From IMG/VR virus record IMGVR_UViG_3300017754_002694, positions 1 to 42,944 of that record: a DNA stretch of 42,944 nt; one strand, given 5' to 3'. This document shows, in pieces, positions 21,401 to 33,133 of the stretch (the stretch's first letter is position 1; each line of letters begins with the position of its first letter). The translations under genes and the position numbers were made by a program. Below the pieces are notes generated by a model. The model saw nothing but the letters and a program-made list of their open reading frames with translations, ran no database searches and was not told the DNA's origin. The DNA comes from a virus (lineage: Duplodnaviria > Caudoviricetes).

Positions 21401-24400
21401 CAAGCCCGAGTACCAGAACCCGCGCAGGCTTCGCAAGCTGGTTACTCTTGACCGGACCGGCGGCAAGGCTGGCAAGGGCGAGGTCGCTCCGGGTGACATC
21501 TCGAAGCTGCTGACCCTGATCCGTGGCAATGCGGTTCTGAACCAGAAGCTGAACGAGGTGTGGGCCGAGGTTGACCGCAACAAGAAGTGGGACGCCGGCA
21601 CGCCGAGTCAGGAGGACATCACGGTCCTCAAGCAGCAGGCCCGTAAGCGCCTGAAGTCTGCAACGTTCGAGGCGGAGAAGGCATTGCGCGAGCGCGTTGC
21701 GGCAGACCGCAAGCTGCGCGAGAACGCAAAGGAAGAAGCTGCGAGCGCGGCACCCACGGCGACGACCGGCACCACCGCTCCTACGCCGACCACGACTACC
21801 ACTCCTGATCCGACCTCTGCTCCCACTCCTGCGACCACGGCCGGCACTCCGCTGAGTGTTCCGACGCCTGATGCACAGCGTTCGATCGACGCGCAGATCG
21901 AGGCCATGCTCGAGGGTGTGTCGCCCAAGAACGTGGTGTTCGTCCCCACTGGAAGCAAGTGGACGGGCAGCCTTCCCAAGGGCGTGAAGTCTGTCTCCAT
22001 TCGAGGCATCGGAACCCTGCTGACTACGGATGATGCCAAGGCTACGCAGATGCGTGGTGAGGTCCGCCGTGGTCAGATGACCGAGGAAAAGCTTGGCGAG
22101 TACCTGTTCGGCATCAAGGGCGGAAAGCCGGCAGATGCCACGCACGTCACTCAGGTCGTGAACAACAACGGTATCCCGATCGCAGAGATCGCTACCGGCC
22201 CCAGCAACCAAGCGGATGTCGACGCTGCTGTCGCACGCATTGCACGCCACGGTACGAGCGCCCGACCCGGAGACACGGTCCGTCGCATCCCGATTGAGCA
22301 GGCGATCTTCGAGCGTCAGGTCAGCGAGCCCAGCAAGGACTCGATCACCGACTTCGAGAACCGGTGGCTTGAGTACATCGACAACGGCAAGGGCAACCCC
22401 GAAGAGCTCGTGAAGCTTGGCCGACGCTTCGCAGTTGGGTTCCGCAACGCAGCGCGTACCGCAGCGACCGAAGCCGAGCGCAAGGCCCTGAACAAGCGTG
22501 CCGATGAGCACGAGGCGTTGGTTCAAGCAATCGTCGAGAGGCAGGCAAAGGAGAAGCAGGATGCCGCTCCGCAAGGGAACAAGCCAGAAGGTGGTGTCGA
22601 ACAACGTCCGGAAACTGGTCAAGGAGGGATACCCCCAGAAACAGGCGGTGGCGATCGCCCTGTCCAAGGCAAGGGGGAAGAAGAGCTAGCCGCAGAAGAG
22701 AAGGCGAGGCTCCAGAAGCTACTTGCGGATCTCGAGAAGCGGATCGCGCAGTACAAGGATCAAAGCCTCGAGGCCATCGAGCAGATGATCGTCGAGGCAG
22801 AGACCGAGTTCCTTCGCGAGCTTGGTGGCAAGCTGTCGCCGAGCCTTGCAGAACGTGCCCGCAAGGCTGCGTTGGCTCGTGTTGAGCGCATGAAGGAGAT
22901 CACGACGACCATCGAAGACATGGTCAACCGGATGGCTTCCAAGCTCAAGGACGCCAACAGCAGGCCGGCACCGATCTCTGCTCGGTACATGGCCGAGGCG
23001 CATGCCGAGATCGTCGACAACCTCGCTGTGGTCGAGGTCTTCTCTGGCATGAGCCCGGAGCAGCGACTGCTTCACTTCCTTCCGCCGCTTGCCGACATTG
23101 ACAAGCGACTGCTGGATGCCGTGGTGCGCATGAGCAAGCACCTCAACAAGTCGTACAAGGCTCGGCTCAAGATCAACGACAAGCCGGCGCGTAGCACCGA
23201 CACGACCACCAGCTCGCAGCGTGCGCAGCAGGCGCGTGCGTTCGCTTCGAAGCAGCTGGCCGAAGTGCTGATCATGGCGGCTGGAGAGGCTGGAGTGCCG
23301 GTCGCTGGAACGGTGCTGGCCAATGCTGCTGCGGATGCGGATGCTGAGATCGCCAAGAACAATGCTGCTGCTGCCGCTGCTGCTCTCGGCAACAGTGCAC
23401 TGCAGGACAAGGCATCCGTGCAGGTGGGATTCCAAGCGTTCTCGGCCAGAATGGAGAGCAACCTTGGCCAGACCGGAAACATCTACTACGCCGAAGAAGG
23501 GCCTAGGGATGCCAGCTACAAGAAGCTGGACAGCAACGGCAAGCCTATCCCCCAGTCGGTGAAGCTTGGTCCTGTCGGTGAGCTGGTCGAGGCTTCGATG
23601 CTCATCAACATCGAGGCTGCTGGCGACATCGCCGCCAACCGCAAGATCGACAGCATGATTGCCGGAGCAATTCTGGCAACCGGACTTCGCAGCGGCGATG
23701 GAAAGATTGCGTCCAAGCAGCGGGCCTTGATCGCTGCTGTGATCGGAGTTCCTGTCGAGCGCGTCGAGGCTGTTGCTGCTGGCCTTGATGCCATGGGCAC
23801 CGCGAACGATGCGGTGATCGACAGCATCGCGTCGGCTGCAAGGGACGGAAAGAATCGTCGGCTCATCTCGGATGAGCAGATCGATCGCAACCGCCAGCTT
23901 CTCCGGACGATCTCTCTCTCGCCGGTGGAGTACGCCTTCAGTGTGAAGGGCCGAGGCGGCAACGGCGGACTGATGAAGTCCTCCGACATCAAGGTTCTTG
24001 AGGCGTGGTGGAAGCTCAAGGGGCGTAACAATACGATCGAGGCCGCCAAGGCTGCGATGACCGCATCGGGCAACGCGGCTCAGATCGACAATGCCGTTGC
24101 GACGATCGATGCGATGTGGGAAAGCAGGATGGCTGCGTTCCGCTCGGTTGCCGACGAGCGCGGAACCGCCGTTCGGACACCGGTCGCAAAGCTCGCGTCG
24201 CTTATCGCAGCCAATCTAGAGTTGGCCAGTGGAGCCAACGCAAGTTTGAGCACTGACATCGACGAGCAAGGGAACACGCTGGACATGGTGGCCATGGAAC
24301 TCGCGACGAACATCGCGACGAAGACCATGCCGATCAACCCGGATGTCTCCCCTGACATCGATGGAGACACCGATGCCGAAGGTGACGATACGCCCAATAA

Positions 24401-27400
24401 GCTCGATGACGTATCCGGAAAATCTCCGGGTGTTGGAGAGGGCGATGGGAAGGACAAAGATGCGCAGGAGCACGATGCGTATCGAGCTCAGGCTGCAGCC
24501 TTGTGGTCCGAGATCCGTGGCATCTACGCAGAGCTTGATGGTGTGCTCGCCGCCATCGACCTGCGCGAAGCTCGTGGAGGAGATCCGGCCAATGTCACGC
24601 GCCGACTTCGCCAGATCCGCAACGCATACTCTCGTCGCCCCGATGGATCTCTGCAGATCAATGACACTGCAGTTGCGCAGTTCCTGTTCGACCTGACGGA
24701 GAGCGCCACGGTTGACGAGCAGGGTCAGCATGAGATGGTTGACCGCATCTGGTCTGCGACCGTCAAGCTGCACGCCAAGTCGCAGGAGCTGATTGCTGCA
24801 ACCGTCGCTTCAAGCCTTCCGGCTGGAGCGTCAAAGGAAGCCAGAGCGAAAGCCTCTGAAAGCATTGACCTGATGTTCGATCTGCTTGACTACGAAAGCG
24901 GTAACCGAACAAAGGAACGGGCTGCCGCGCTGATGAAGCGCATTCAGAACTACAATCGGTCGCTGTACTCAAAGGCTGAGCGTAAGACCGAGCTTGGTGG
25001 CGAAGCCGCCATCGTCGAGAGCCAAGAAGCCTCTGACCTAGGTGGAGCCCTTGCGGTTTTCACCGATCCGGAAACTGGCAAGCCTGCTGCCGAAGATGGG
25101 AGCACGGAGTCTGGCAGCGCACCCGACATCGAGGTGTCGCAGGATGTCCTGCACCAGATGCAGCTGAACATCTACGTTCAGATGAGCCGTGCCTTGGGAG
25201 AGGTCAAGCCGCCCAAGGTCCGTGTCGTTGTTCGCGACGCCAAGGGAAAGCCCCGTCTTGGCGAGGGTGGCGAGCCCATGACCAAGGATGTCGACGGCCC
25301 CGGCGTTGTCTACATGTGGGCCGGCCTACCTGTCACCGGGGAGAATGTTCGAACGGCCGCCAAGCTCGTCGTTCGAGTTCTGGCTGCAGGCTTCAACTTC
25401 TCTACTGGCTTCCATCATCGAATGCTGAGCGGTCGCATCAACATGCGCCGCATCGATCCCGCCACGGTTGACAATCCGACTCCGTGGGTCAGCCCGCGCT
25501 GGTGGGTGGATCGCCTCAACAGCCGCGAGGCCGAGCGCCTTGGCTACAGGAACATGAGCACTGACCAGCTTGTCACTGGGTTCGGAAACATGCTCAGCTC
25601 CGTGCCCAATCTCTCGAACCGCACGGTCGCAATTCCGTACATGGCGATGCGGTCGGAGCTCGAGCGGCGGGCTGCTGCCATCAAGAACTCGGCGAAGCCT
25701 GAGGACGCAAAGTCGTACAAGAAGCTTGAATCGCTTCTGAGCGGATCTCCCTCGGCAAAGATCCCCAACGACACGTTGATCGAGCGTGCGGCGGCAGGTC
25801 TTGTCAGTCGGTGGCAGCGTTGGAACATCTTCGCCCGTGGGTCTCGAGGGCTTGGGACCAAGGGAGTTCTCGAGAAGAACCGTTCGACGATGGCTGCGCA
25901 GTTCGAGTCTGGTGCAAAGACCCAACTGATTCTCACTCGTATCCAGCAGCTTATGGCTCAGCTTCGCGAGTGGAACGTCAGCAATCAGGATGCTGCGCTG
26001 CTCGGCTCGATGCTCGAGGCCGGCGCTGTCGTGCGCTTCCGCAACGGTGCTGAGCTCGAGACTGCACTCGGCCGTCCGGGTACTGCCAAGTACTACCAGC
26101 ACATGGTCGAGTGGAACCAGCTGATGGCGGACATCGGCAAGGAGATGGTGAGCGTTGGCCTCATCTCTCCTGAGCAGTACGAGATGGAGAAGAACCACCA
26201 CTTGCCGCGCCGGTTCGTTGAGATGGCTGAGACCATCGGCGGCGACAAGGCGTTCGTGGTTACCAATTCGAACTACAGCGGAAGCACTGTCGCATCTGCC
26301 GAGATGCCGCGCTCGTCGGAAGCCTCTGCCGATGGGGCAACGCGCATCTTCGACATCCGATACGTGATGCCGCTTTCTGTCGGACGAGTGGCCAAGCGAC
26401 TCGAGACGTTCCGTGTCTTGCAGCGCATGCGGGCCGAAGGACTGATCGTCAACAAGAACGAGTGGGAGTCGATGGGGCCGGTCGAGCGCGAGCAGTTCAC
26501 GAAGCTCGCCGAGAAGGGCCTGACGCAGAACCTTAGCGATGGCTCTCTCATCCCGACGCTGACGAACGAAGAGCGGAAGCTGAAGGAGGAAGGAAAGCTG
26601 TCGCAGGCCGAAGCCGACGAGATCCTCAAGCGCCGTGCTTCCTCGAAGCTCGAGCAGGTGGTGCTGCAAACCTTCATCGACGAAGAGCGCAGCGCACGTG
26701 GTGGAGACGGCGAGGCGACGATGACTGCTCCCATGAAGGAGCTGCTGGACGATCTGGAGAACGGCTACATCACGTGGCACGCCAGCCGAGAGCTGTCGTT
26801 CTTGGTTGAGCGCAACGACCTGAAGCCCGACATGGGGGCTGGCCGTCTCGAGGAAGCATCGCGTGCCGTGCAACAGCTGACCCTGACGTGGCGGCAGCTG
26901 CGAACGGTTCAGAACCCGAAGCACTGGTTCCAGCAGTTCACCACGAACCTCGTGACGAACTCGATGACTGGCAAGGTTCCGATGTCTGACATGTTCGAGT
27001 CCATCCTGACGGGAGAGGGCACGTACGCAGACGCGGCTTGGCACATCAGCGAGTGGCAGGAGTTCAAGAAGAACAACATCCCGAAGAAGAACTGGACTGA
27101 AGGTGCGAAGCTGTTCGATGAGACCGTGATGTCGATCGGTGGCGCGACTCTTGCGCACATGATCAACGATCCGGTGAGCGGCAACGACGTGATCAACTCC
27201 ATGTTCTATGGAGCTGACGGTCAGCCGCTGTTCGTTAGCCCCTCGAGCTCGAGCGCAGAGACGGATCTTGGCACGATCGCCGGAGCACTCAACAGATCTG
27301 GCCGTGGCTGGGCAAACTTCACCAAGCGAGTGACCGAGCTGTCGCTGTCCCCCAACCCTGCGGCTCGTGCCGAAGCGGTGCGTTCACTCGTCGGTGTGTA

Positions 27401-29342
27401 CAACCTGCACGAGCTGTGGTGGAAGCATGCTGCAATCATCGAGGCGAAGCGCATGGGCATGGATCACCAGACCGCTGTTCGCTGGGCAAGCGAAGGCACT
27501 GGTGACTTCAGCGATCGCAACACCACGCTGCTGCGCTTGACCACGCAGTTCCAGATTGCGCCGACTCGCCTGCAGCGTGCGGCCTACAAGAAGATCGACG
27601 CCGGCAACGCTCGACTGCTGGGCAAGCAGCTGATCACGCTGGGCGCTGCATCCCCGTTCTGGATGTACCGAGCGGCCATGTTCCCGACGATGGTGAAGCA
27701 CACGCTGTCGTGGCGTGGCATCACGCACACGGCGGTTGCGCTGCTGGGTATCCGTCTTGTGAGCCAAGCATTCGGCGGAGATGACGAGGACATGCGCGAA
27801 GCTGCCGCCGGGACCGACGTTCTCAAGGGTGTCGACATGTCTCCGGACACGCTCAACATCCTGCGCCGCCGGCACGGCGATGCACCACTGCCGAACTTCG
27901 GTGGAGGCTGGAGCCCGTCCGGAGTTGTGCTGGCCCTTCGAGACTGGGTCGACTACCTGCAGGGCTTTGGGCAGAACCTGTTGCACGTCACATCGATGGG
28001 CACGATCGGCAAGCACTCGCAGGCTGGAGAGATGCTGACGCTTGCGCGTGGCCCCAGCATGGGTGGCGAGAGCTCGGTGATCGACTTTGGCGAGTACGTC
28101 CCCTTGGTCGGTCGAGTGAACGAAGTCTCGGCTGGGCTGCAGGGCAACTCGCTCGATGCCGCGAACGACTTCCTCATGTCGCAGAGCGACGGCCGCATCG
28201 GCTTCGGCATGTTCAGCATGGCGGCGACTGCCGCTGTGGTGGACGCGCTCAAGCTGTGGAGTGGCGAGGAAGGCAAGAGCCGTGGTCAGGTCATGGCCGA
28301 GGTTGCGCTCGGTGTCGCGCAAGAGTTCTCCGCTCCGCTGGGTGGCACCGCTCTATTCGGCCCCGGCTTCAGCCGAGAGATGATGGGCCTTGCCGAGAAC
28401 ACGGCGCTTGGCCAGAGGTCGTTCGGAGAATGGGCGTCCGGTCTTCCGAGCAAGCGCATTCCGTCTACGTTCGGCGAGATGCTTCAGGCTCAGTCCGCGA
28501 AGACTCTGCTCCCCATGCGCAGGATCCCCACTGGGTCGCAGTCTCCTGAGGCTCTGGAACGACGCAAGCAGAGCCTCACTGGAGACAGCTACTACGCAGG
28601 CCCGGAGAGCAGCAACGAGTACGACGCAGCAGCCAAGGTACGCGATCGTCAGATCGAACAGGCCTGCTTGAACCTGCTGTCTCGTGCGTACAAGGAGACG
28701 CTCGATCAGGCCACGATCCCCCATTCGATGCGCGTCGATGCGTATCTCAACATCGACCGCGACCTGACCAAGACACGAGAAGGTGAATGGGATGTTGTCA
28801 CCAGTCCGCTGACGGAGCTCGGCAAGTGGCTGCGATCGAAGGGCGAAAGCGACTACGACCGCAGGCTGTGGGTGGCCGACACCGTGACAGCACTGAAGCG
28901 ACGAGCCTCGTCTATCGACCCCCTGCTGTCTGACGCTGATGGTCTGGTGTATCGCAAGGACATCGACCCTGCCCTGCACGATCGCATCGTGCGTGCGGCG
29001 TGGCGTGGACCGGAGGACAAGTCGCAGCTCCTTCGCCTGCTGTGGGAGGAGATGAAGACCACCAAGGGCAACGAAGGCGCTCTCTCGAGAATGTGGATCG
29101 TGTCCGGATTCGAGGACATGAAGCCGACCGGTGCTGACCTAGACATCTGGAAGCGCAGCCGGAAGTTCGTCAAAGAGCACAGCAACGGGACGTATGCTGA
29201 CATGGACATTTCGGCTCCCGAACGCGCAGCGATTATGGGTTCTGCCGTATACGATGTGTCACCCACCACTGCGGTCGAGGCCCTGCCCATGAAGGGTGCT
29301 GGAGCTCAGGCTGCACGATTCCTGAAGTCGATCAAACAATGA
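18432..29342 (+). CDS. Giant (3636 aa) internal virion/ejection protein
   Basis: Third and largest ORF of the trio; mostly helical; P/T linker; C-terminal TGDFS...SPFW plus hydrophobic helices as in large ejection proteins. Confidence 0.7.
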   Translation: MQNTNDLSGFKSGEIVDRVLRLLEVETADDDTLTKYGVYGGRKYTGTPQELEDLRVRSRQAVDSLMGGLVSWAASGEDGRVRAYSRLARTVELHRNRRNPKGSDGNEVPPEWSSKARSFYGMQEDTGPTLRYPIEGGSAATPWFVSGGQAPTDPNEKAYYDFLQEKTTSSAYARGLYDKMIDEDSAGNPNLNEAIASRLNLDAGFLESMSPAFGQEQRRRAQLYSKEARLDEDTGRRFVDVTDDIGNVVESVQIPDFTTQRTFSVTLADGTEKKVSLGKDLASQIAVGRGQGFWGDTILNGLYHQITDDTGRHNIEIQTPYGKRPVPIITGNAAVDAELYNRPEWQRSIEEIDYDHGFMWNAGKTLVGTLEYVGLNLATRGALKGAGALGSRAGAALLASNRMAPFAKTTAAALSKAAMETGRVGGKLVPKAIAAPGLRFSTADLAGEIYYDYAVGLANGNGNLLESFDSGTDEWFGEYVFGSMARGTRRIGGLFLRGDMGRTLSNKIGVNLTGVSPEDGEMFRQGLDIFHKMRGEIAEKQLGAIQKGMYGVAGRAWRTEAAAQFADTAFVGYMFGRYSAAQINAAKEGRSWEDMSLAEKTQYFGGVDFMDSHAMGSMVGMLGGQATFTATQLRGANPFREAGAFGEQLLSEDGRSQVKQMAEFQLMAMSAMGEKADQRVVHMMGRAFDIYATPEERAAVLDEVAKAAREKLTGEVTDPMAGSLRAGDISATIPSVSDDELLDLVSRDGGEELLVASYARLTNEELEQQEDRLRTSIAKAREAKDGDRMLGLAELRQYVQNERLKRMERMASGEAETDVDTEVEVVEYENPEGEKVDGPFSEEPSRDSLPRIETITDDERKAAFVPGIRQVQSAPGAATAGNARFWSVTPPKWRNATRATKRVEVVEDTTGREIVLSVEVDGEALPKLFPHTTEGLKQAMDLALVANGQYNANDDILVEAGRDPETELGRLLYDYSPQTTAGKLLADLLNKPEYQNPRRLRKLVTLDRTGGKAGKGEVAPGDISKLLTLIRGNAVLNQKLNEVWAEVDRNKKWDAGTPSQEDITVLKQQARKRLKSATFEAEKALRERVAADRKLRENAKEEAASAAPTATTGTTAPTPTTTTTPDPTSAPTPATTAGTPLSVPTPDAQRSIDAQIEAMLEGVSPKNVVFVPTGSKWTGSLPKGVKSVSIRGIGTLLTTDDAKATQMRGEVRRGQMTEEKLGEYLFGIKGGKPADATHVTQVVNNNGIPIAEIATGPSNQADVDAAVARIARHGTSARPGDTVRRIPIEQAIFERQVSEPSKDSITDFENRWLEYIDNGKGNPEELVKLGRRFAVGFRNAARTAATEAERKALNKRADEHEALVQAIVERQAKEKQDAAPQGNKPEGGVEQRPETGQGGIPPETGGGDRPVQGKGEEELAAEEKARLQKLLADLEKRIAQYKDQSLEAIEQMIVEAETEFLRELGGKLSPSLAERARKAALARVERMKEITTTIEDMVNRMASKLKDANSRPAPISARYMAEAHAEIVDNLAVVEVFSGMSPEQRLLHFLPPLADIDKRLLDAVVRMSKHLNKSYKARLKINDKPARSTDTTTSSQRAQQARAFASKQLAEVLIMAAGEAGVPVAGTVLANAAADADAEIAKNNAAAAAAALGNSALQDKASVQVGFQAFSARMESNLGQTGNIYYAEEGPRDASYKKLDSNGKPIPQSVKLGPVGELVEASMLINIEAAGDIAANRKIDSMIAGAILATGLRSGDGKIASKQRALIAAVIGVPVERVEAVAAGLDAMGTANDAVIDSIASAARDGKNRRLISDEQIDRNRQLLRTISLSPVEYAFSVKGRGGNGGLMKSSDIKVLEAWWKLKGRNNTIEAAKAAMTASGNAAQIDNAVATIDAMWESRMAAFRSVADERGTAVRTPVAKLASLIAANLELASGANASLSTDIDEQGNTLDMVAMELATNIATKTMPINPDVSPDIDGDTDAEGDDTPNKLDDVSGKSPGVGEGDGKDKDAQEHDAYRAQAAALWSEIRGIYAELDGVLAAIDLREARGGDPANVTRRLRQIRNAYSRRPDGSLQINDTAVAQFLFDLTESATVDEQGQHEMVDRIWSATVKLHAKSQELIAATVASSLPAGASKEARAKASESIDLMFDLLDYESGNRTKERAAALMKRIQNYNRSLYSKAERKTELGGEAAIVESQEASDLGGALAVFTDPETGKPAAEDGSTESGSAPDIEVSQDVLHQMQLNIYVQMSRALGEVKPPKVRVVVRDAKGKPRLGEGGEPMTKDVDGPGVVYMWAGLPVTGENVRTAAKLVVRVLAAGFNFSTGFHHRMLSGRINMRRIDPATVDNPTPWVSPRWWVDRLNSREAERLGYRNMSTDQLVTGFGNMLSSVPNLSNRTVAIPYMAMRSELERRAAAIKNSAKPEDAKSYKKLESLLSGSPSAKIPNDTLIERAAAGLVSRWQRWNIFARGSRGLGTKGVLEKNRSTMAAQFESGAKTQLILTRIQQLMAQLREWNVSNQDAALLGSMLEAGAVVRFRNGAELETALGRPGTAKYYQHMVEWNQLMADIGKEMVSVGLISPEQYEMEKNHHLPRRFVEMAETIGGDKAFVVTNSNYSGSTVASAEMPRSSEASADGATRIFDIRYVMPLSVGRVAKRLETFRVLQRMRAEGLIVNKNEWESMGPVEREQFTKLAEKGLTQNLSDGSLIPTLTNEERKLKEEGKLSQAEADEILKRRASSKLEQVVLQTFIDEERSARGGDGEATMTAPMKELLDDLENGYITWHASRELSFLVERNDLKPDMGAGRLEEASRAVQQLTLTWRQLRTVQNPKHWFQQFTTNLVTNSMTGKVPMSDMFESILTGEGTYADAAWHISEWQEFKKNNIPKKNWTEGAKLFDETVMSIGGATLAHMINDPVSGNDVINSMFYGADGQPLFVSPSSSSAETDLGTIAGALNRSGRGWANFTKRVTELSLSPNPAARAEAVRSLVGVYNLHELWWKHAAIIEAKRMGMDHQTAVRWASEGTGDFSDRNTTLLRLTTQFQIAPTRLQRAAYKKIDAGNARLLGKQLITLGAASPFWMYRAAMFPTMVKHTLSWRGITHTAVALLGIRLVSQAFGGDDEDMREAAAGTDVLKGVDMSPDTLNILRRRHGDAPLPNFGGGWSPSGVVLALRDWVDYLQGFGQNLLHVTSMGTIGKHSQAGEMLTLARGPSMGGESSVIDFGEYVPLVGRVNEVSAGLQGNSLDAANDFLMSQSDGRIGFGMFSMAATAAVVDALKLWSGEEGKSRGQVMAEVALGVAQEFSAPLGGTALFGPGFSREMMGLAENTALGQRSFGEWASGLPSKRIPSTFGEMLQAQSAKTLLPMRRIPTGSQSPEALERRKQSLTGDSYYAGPESSNEYDAAAKVRDRQIEQACLNLLSRAYKETLDQATIPHSMRVDAYLNIDRDLTKTREGEWDVVTSPLTELGKWLRSKGESDYDRRLWVADTVTALKRRASSIDPLLSDADGLVYRKDIDPALHDRIVRAAWRGPEDKSQLLRLLWEEMKTTKGNEGALSRMWIVSGFEDMKPTGADLDIWKRSRKFVKEHSNGTYADMDISAPERAAIMGSAVYDVSPTTAVEALPMKGAGAQAARFLKSIKQ
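22561..22689 (+). CDS. Nested small basic phage protein [33 protein letters not shown]... in the +1 frame of the giant gene
   Basis: AAGGAG just upstream of the ATG; 42-aa product resembles a widespread stand-alone phage family (MPLKKG.S...PQKQAVAIA), recognised from memory. Confidence 0.7.
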   Translation: MPLRKGTSQKVVSNNVRKLVKEGYPQKQAVAIALSKARGKKS

Positions 29343-29749
29343 AGCTGCTTCCCCTGCTGCTTGTGGCCTGTGCTGTTGTCTCTTGCCAGAGCGATAGCAG
29401 CGCAGGCCCCTCCCCTTTCCATGCTGAGATCTCGTTCAACGGTGACGGCGACGCCCGTTGGGATCCGTTCGAGCGATTGTTCGTCGGTCACGTCAAGGGC
29501 CGAGCGTTCGTCGGCGGGCGGGACCACTTCAACGGTACGCCGTGGGCTGCGGTCAACTTGACTGATGGCAAGCGGCGCGTGATCAACCGCTCGCTCGACT
29601 ACGACGAGTCGTTCGACCTCGATCAGCCGATCCCCCATTGGTGTCGAGTCCTGTTCCCCGAAGCGGTGTACTCCTCGGATGCCGGCGTCTGGATCGCAGT
29701 GATGCAGGGCGGCACCAAGGTGACGATCGAGAAGGAGCCGAAGCCGTGA
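29339..29749 (+). CDS. Putative lipoprotein or exported protein
   Basis: [16 protein letters not shown] signal peptide with lipobox-like Cys; ATGA overlap with the giant gene. Confidence 0.7.
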   Translation: MKLLPLLLVACAVVSCQSDSSAGPSPFHAEISFNGDGDARWDPFERLFVGHVKGRAFVGGRDHFNGTPWAAVNLTDGKRRVINRSLDYDESFDLDQPIPHWCRVLFPEAVYSSDAGVWIAVMQGGTKVTIEKEPKP

Positions 29750-29886
29750 CGCGCGAAGAGATTGACGAGAAGCTTGACGAGGTCGAGCGTCTGATCGCTA
29801 CCCCTACGTCCGTTGACCCCGCCACGCTGGCGCTGGTCATCAAGCTGCTGATCGAAGTGTGGCGCGAGATCAAGTCCCGGCGCTGA
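29746..29886 (+). CDS. 46-aa protein with hydrophobic C-terminal helix (possible lysis or membrane role)
   Basis: GTGA overlap and AAGGAG RBS; DPATLALVIKLLIEVWREIKSRR. Confidence 0.6.
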   Translation: MTREEIDEKLDEVERLIATPTSVDPATLALVIKLLIEVWREIKSRR

Positions 29887-29908
29887 TCGGCGTTGGCCTG
29901 CTGACGCT

Positions 29909-30028
29909 GTGGCTCTTGGCCATCCGGTCGGTGCCACGGTTCCTTCGTAGGAAGTGAAGGGGTGGGAGTAGCTTTCGAGGGCTACCCCCACCCACCAACC
30001 AAACACGGAGATGGCTGACCAAGGCCAC
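29909..30028 (+). ncRNA. Structured element at operon convergence (candidate ncRNA or terminator)
   Basis: Nested pairings GTGGC/GCCAC, CTTGG/CCAAG, CCATC/GATGG and GGTCGGTG/CACCAACC enclose two hairpins (29940-29953, 29960-29993). Confidence 0.5.
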
Positions 30029-30042
30029 CGCCGGTGCTGATG

Positions 30043-30333
30043 CTACTTGGCGCGATACTGCTTCGCCAAGCGGCCGGACTTTCCGGCTCGCGTGCCGCAC
30101 TCCTCGATCATGCCGTAGCGTAGGAGCTCGATGCGGCGGGGCCGCACGGCGTTGATTGACACGCCGATGTCGTGCTCGGTCACGTACTCGATGAGGTCGT
30201 TGTCGGTGAACGCGGTGTCAGGATTGGCCACGAAGATGCAGTAGATCAGGTGGCGCTGAGTGGGCATGGCCCGCTTGATCGACTCGGCGGCAGCCTTGCT
30301 GGTCTCCGAGTTCTTCTGGTACGGGGCGTCCAT
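30043..30333 (-). CDS. Winged-helix DNA-binding protein
   Basis: TSKAAA...TDNDL...VRPRRIELLRYGMI...R pattern common in small phage wHTH proteins. Confidence 0.75.
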   Translation of the reverse strand: MDAPYQKNSETSKAAAESIKRAMPTQRHLIYCIFVANPDTAFTDNDLIEYVTEHDIGVSINAVRPRRIELLRYGMIEECGTRAGKSGRLAKQYRAK

Positions 30334-31341
30334 CTAGAACGGAGCCTCGTCCGTATCCTCGTTGGCCTCGCCATCGAGCCACGGGTCGTTGGCCGGAGTC
30401 GGCTTGCCCTCGAGCCACTCGAGCAGCTGCGTCGCCATGTACGCCTGCTCCTGCATGGACTGGCGGTCGAAGTTCGCACGGTTGTCGCGCGACCAGCGCA
30501 GCCAGCCACGGCGGCGGCCATCCGGCGAGCCCATCGCGACCCAGCCCCACGGCTTCTCCTTGTACTGGCCGTACTTGACCAGCGTCTTGAGGTCGAAGGG
30601 CGGAGCGGAGTGGGTCGGCAGCGGCACGTCCGGGTCATCGTCCGGGCCACGCTGGCCAGCAGACCGCGCAGGAGCCTCCGCCTTGCGCTCGGGCGCAGGC
30701 TTGGCCGGCTGAGCCTGAGGCGCAGGCTGGCGCTGCTGGGGCGCAGGCTGGGCCGGGGGCGGGGCCTCGTCGGTCGGGGCACCACCTGCGCCGGTCGAGA
30801 AGCTGGTGTCGAAGTTCCAGCCGCTCGAGCCCTTGCCCTCGGGCGGGCGTCCGCTGCCGCCGGGGACAGCCCACGGACACTTCTTGGGCAGGTGTCCGGA
30901 GATGTGCTCGGTCCACTTCCAAGCAGGGCGGGGCTGCTCGTCGACGTAGAACTTGGGCAGGTAGTACAGGTAGCGGCCGATACCGAACTTGACGGCCACC
31001 CGCTTGAGGGCGTCGGATGCGCCACCCTTCGAGGGCTCGACGTGCGTCTCGTCGGCGAGGTCTTCGTGTGCCACACGGGTGCCGTCCGACAGGACAAGCT
31101 CGAGGGTGCACACCCACGTGCGGCGCTCGGTCCGGTCGCCGATGCAGCGGAGCAGGTCGCTCCAGTTCTGCGGGCCGACGACCGTGTCGAGGCGGTCCAT
31201 GATGGCACGGGCCGAGACGTAGGGCAGCATGACCCCAGCGTCGCCCTGCTTGCCGGACTTCTGGAAGCGCCACTCCAGTTCGCAGGGATCGAACGGAGCG
31301 TGCAGGAGTTTGAGTTGCTGGTCAGGCGAGAGGTTCGTCAT
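30334..31341 (-). CDS. Rad52/Rad22-family (Sak-like) ssDNA annealing protein with acidic tail
   Basis: LHAPF, YVSARAIMDRLDTVVGPQNW and KGGASDALKRVAVKFGIGRYLY are Rad52-like signatures; ends DEAPF like an SSB tail. Confidence 0.92.
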   Translation of the reverse strand: MTNLSPDQQLKLLHAPFDPCELEWRFQKSGKQGDAGVMLPYVSARAIMDRLDTVVGPQNWSDLLRCIGDRTERRTWVCTLELVLSDGTRVAHEDLADETHVEPSKGGASDALKRVAVKFGIGRYLYYLPKFYVDEQPRPAWKWTEHISGHLPKKCPWAVPGGSGRPPEGKGSSGWNFDTSFSTGAGGAPTDEAPPPAQPAPQQRQPAPQAQPAKPAPERKAEAPARSAGQRGPDDDPDVPLPTHSAPPFDLKTLVKYGQYKEKPWGWVAMGSPDGRRRGWLRWSRDNRANFDRQSMQEQAYMATQLLEWLEGKPTPANDPWLDGEANEDTDEAPF

Positions 31342-31633
31342 TGGTCTTCTCCGGGTTGGTGTTGCGAGTGCGCATCATGTGTCGCCACTTGGCGATGATG
31401 ATGGGCGTGACGGACAGGTTCATCATGGCAACGGCAGCACCAGCGTCCATCTTGGTCATGCCGTCGCGGTTCGTGAGGAGCATCTCGGACAGCGTCTCGG
31501 TCATCGAGTTCACCTTCCTGATGGCGGTGTCTGGATCGTGATCGAGGCTGGACAAGAAGCGGTTGACCGTGAGTTCGTACTCACGGCGCATGTCAGCGAT
31601 GTCGCCGGGAGTGATGCCGAGCGGATCTTTCAT
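31322..31633 (-). CDS. Hypothetical protein
   Basis: Overlaps both neighbours in the operon. Confidence 0.7.
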   Translation of the reverse strand: MKDPLGITPGDIADMRREYELTVNRFLSSLDHDPDTAIRKVNSMTETLSEMLLTNRDGMTKMDAGAAVAMMNLSVTPIIIAKWRHMMRTRNTNPEKTNDEPLA

Positions 31634-32556
31634 TGGATGGTCACCATGTATGTGGGCTTGTCTGCACCAGACCGTCGCTTGTCACGGATGTCAACAGCCA
31701 TGCCGTTGTCATTGCACCACTTGATGCACGCGGTCGGGCCAGCAGCGCAGTAGTTGCAGTTCCACGGCAGCTTGGCCGTGAGGTTGTCGAAAGCCTGCGC
31801 GTTGCGCACGGTCTCGTAGATGTGCGTCGGAACAACCGAGCGAGGCAGCTCATCGGCCGGAGCTTCGTTTGCCAGCTGCTCGAGCATGAGCTTGAAGCCA
31901 ACCATCCACTCGTCGAACAGGCGCTTGGCCTCGTCGAAGTTGAGCTCGATGGCGAGAAGCTCGCAGTTGTCCTTGTTCTCGAACACGAACGTGGCTCGAG
32001 TCGGGTTGTATCCCAGTCTTCGCAGGCCGATGATGTATCCGTACACCTGAAGCGTGTATTGCAGGCCGGGGCCTTCGGTGTCGAGCTTGTCGAAGCCGAA
32101 GCTGTTCTTGGTCTTGAACTCTACGACCTCGCAGTCCGGATGCTCTCCGAACAGCACGAGGTCAGCACGGCCACGGATGTACAGCGTGTCAGGATGGTCA
32201 TGCTTGACCATGACGGGCAGATCGTTGCTGCCGAACAGCTTCTCCATGCGATCATGCACACGCTGGGCAACGCCGGCAGGCAGATCGACCGGGACGTAGA
32301 GCTCGACCTCAGGTGCTGACTGGATCCAGCCATGCTGACGACTGAGTTGCTCGGCAAGTCGAGCACCACGGTCATGGCCCACCTCGAAGATGCGGTAGGT
32401 ACGAGCGTTGAGTTCTTCGCGAGATGCACCGCTCGCAAGCTGGTACAGCTTGGCAGTGCAGTCTCCGAACGACGAGACACGGATGGGGCAGAGTGACTTG
32501 CCGCTGTTGGCGATGACGTACTGTTGGTCGATCGCTGCGATGATGTTGTTGGTCAT
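31630..32556 (-). CDS. Cas4-like PD-(D/E)xK exonuclease
   Basis: G..H, GRADL, VVEFKT, QVYGY; one N-terminal Cys plus CNYC......C at the C-terminus (Fe-S pattern). Confidence 0.85.
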   Translation of the reverse strand: MTNNIIAAIDQQYVIANSGKSLCPIRVSSFGDCTAKLYQLASGASREELNARTYRIFEVGHDRGARLAEQLSRQHGWIQSAPEVELYVPVDLPAGVAQRVHDRMEKLFGSNDLPVMVKHDHPDTLYIRGRADLVLFGEHPDCEVVEFKTKNSFGFDKLDTEGPGLQYTLQVYGYIIGLRRLGYNPTRATFVFENKDNCELLAIELNFDEAKRLFDEWMVGFKLMLEQLANEAPADELPRSVVPTHIYETVRNAQAFDNLTAKLPWNCNYCAAGPTACIKWCNDNGMAVDIRDKRRSGADKPTYMVTIQ

Positions 32557-32557
32557 G

Positions 32558-32749
32558 TCAGTTCTCCAGAAGAGTGAGAGCGTAGAGGAACAGGGAAACC
32601 CAGATGCCGGTGATGGTCACCTTGGCGATGATGTCCACGAGCAGTGCGTTGCGTCGCTGCTGATCAGCGATCTGTTGCGAACGCTCTTCCTCGTCGGGTG
32701 TGATGCGAGCGTAGAGCTCGTCGATCTCTCGGTGCTTGAGGTGTGCCAT
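32558..32749 (-). CDS. Small membrane protein
   Basis: C-terminal hydrophobic helix; tight spacing. Confidence 0.65.
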   Translation of the reverse strand: MAHLKHREIDELYARITPDEEERSQQIADQQRRNALLVDIIAKVTITGIWVSLFLYALTLLEN

Positions 32750-32750
32750 G

Positions 32751-32843
32751 CTAGTCCTTCCCTTCTTGCTTGCCGTTGATCATCTCGTCGAGCCACCAGA
32801 GCACGCCGATGACGAAGGCGAGCAGGCAGTAGGCGATGTACAT
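32751..32843 (-). CDS. 30-aa membrane peptide MYIAYCLLAFVIGVLWWLDEMINGKQEGKD
   Basis: Translated by hand; TGATG overlap with the upstream gene; fills the gap exactly. Confidence 0.65.
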   Translation of the reverse strand: MYIAYCLLAFVIGVLWWLDEMINGKQEGKD

Positions 32844-33115
32844 CACTGCGCCTCCGGTCGGCCGTCGAGGCGATCGGCCTCGTCGAGGATGACGCGAGCC
32901 ACCATGCGCATGGTCTCGATGCTGTCGACAGCGAAGCAGACGGACTCGCTGCTCTTCAGCCGTCCGCTGTTGTCATCGTCGAGCAGACCGATGTCGAATG
33001 CCACGACCTTGTCGATCTTGCGTGCGCTGCAGCCAACTTGGCGAGTGACCTCGTCCTTCCAGTCGGTGCGCATGATGTGGATGCTGGTGTAGTTCCTGAA
33101 ACGTCCCATGGTCAT
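32843..33115 (-). CDS. Hypothetical early protein
   Basis: Preceded by the conserved ACAGGAGAC motif. Confidence 0.75.
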   Translation of the reverse strand: MTMGRFRNYTSIHIMRTDWKDEVTRQVGCSARKIDKVVAFDIGLLDDDNSGRLKSSESVCFAVDSIETMRMVARVILDEADRLDGRPEAQ

Positions 33116-33133
33116 AGTCTCCTGTGTTGTTGG

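Noticed and set aside
19941-22667. Long antisense ORFs (908 aa here; also 1796-3658, 5472-7208, 25326-27158)
   Set aside because: Shadows of GC-rich, codon-biased sense genes; no motifs or RBS.
24354-24368. DIDGD as a two-barrel RNA polymerase active site
   Set aside because: Sits in a D/P/G-rich low-complexity tract without supporting motifs; likely chance.
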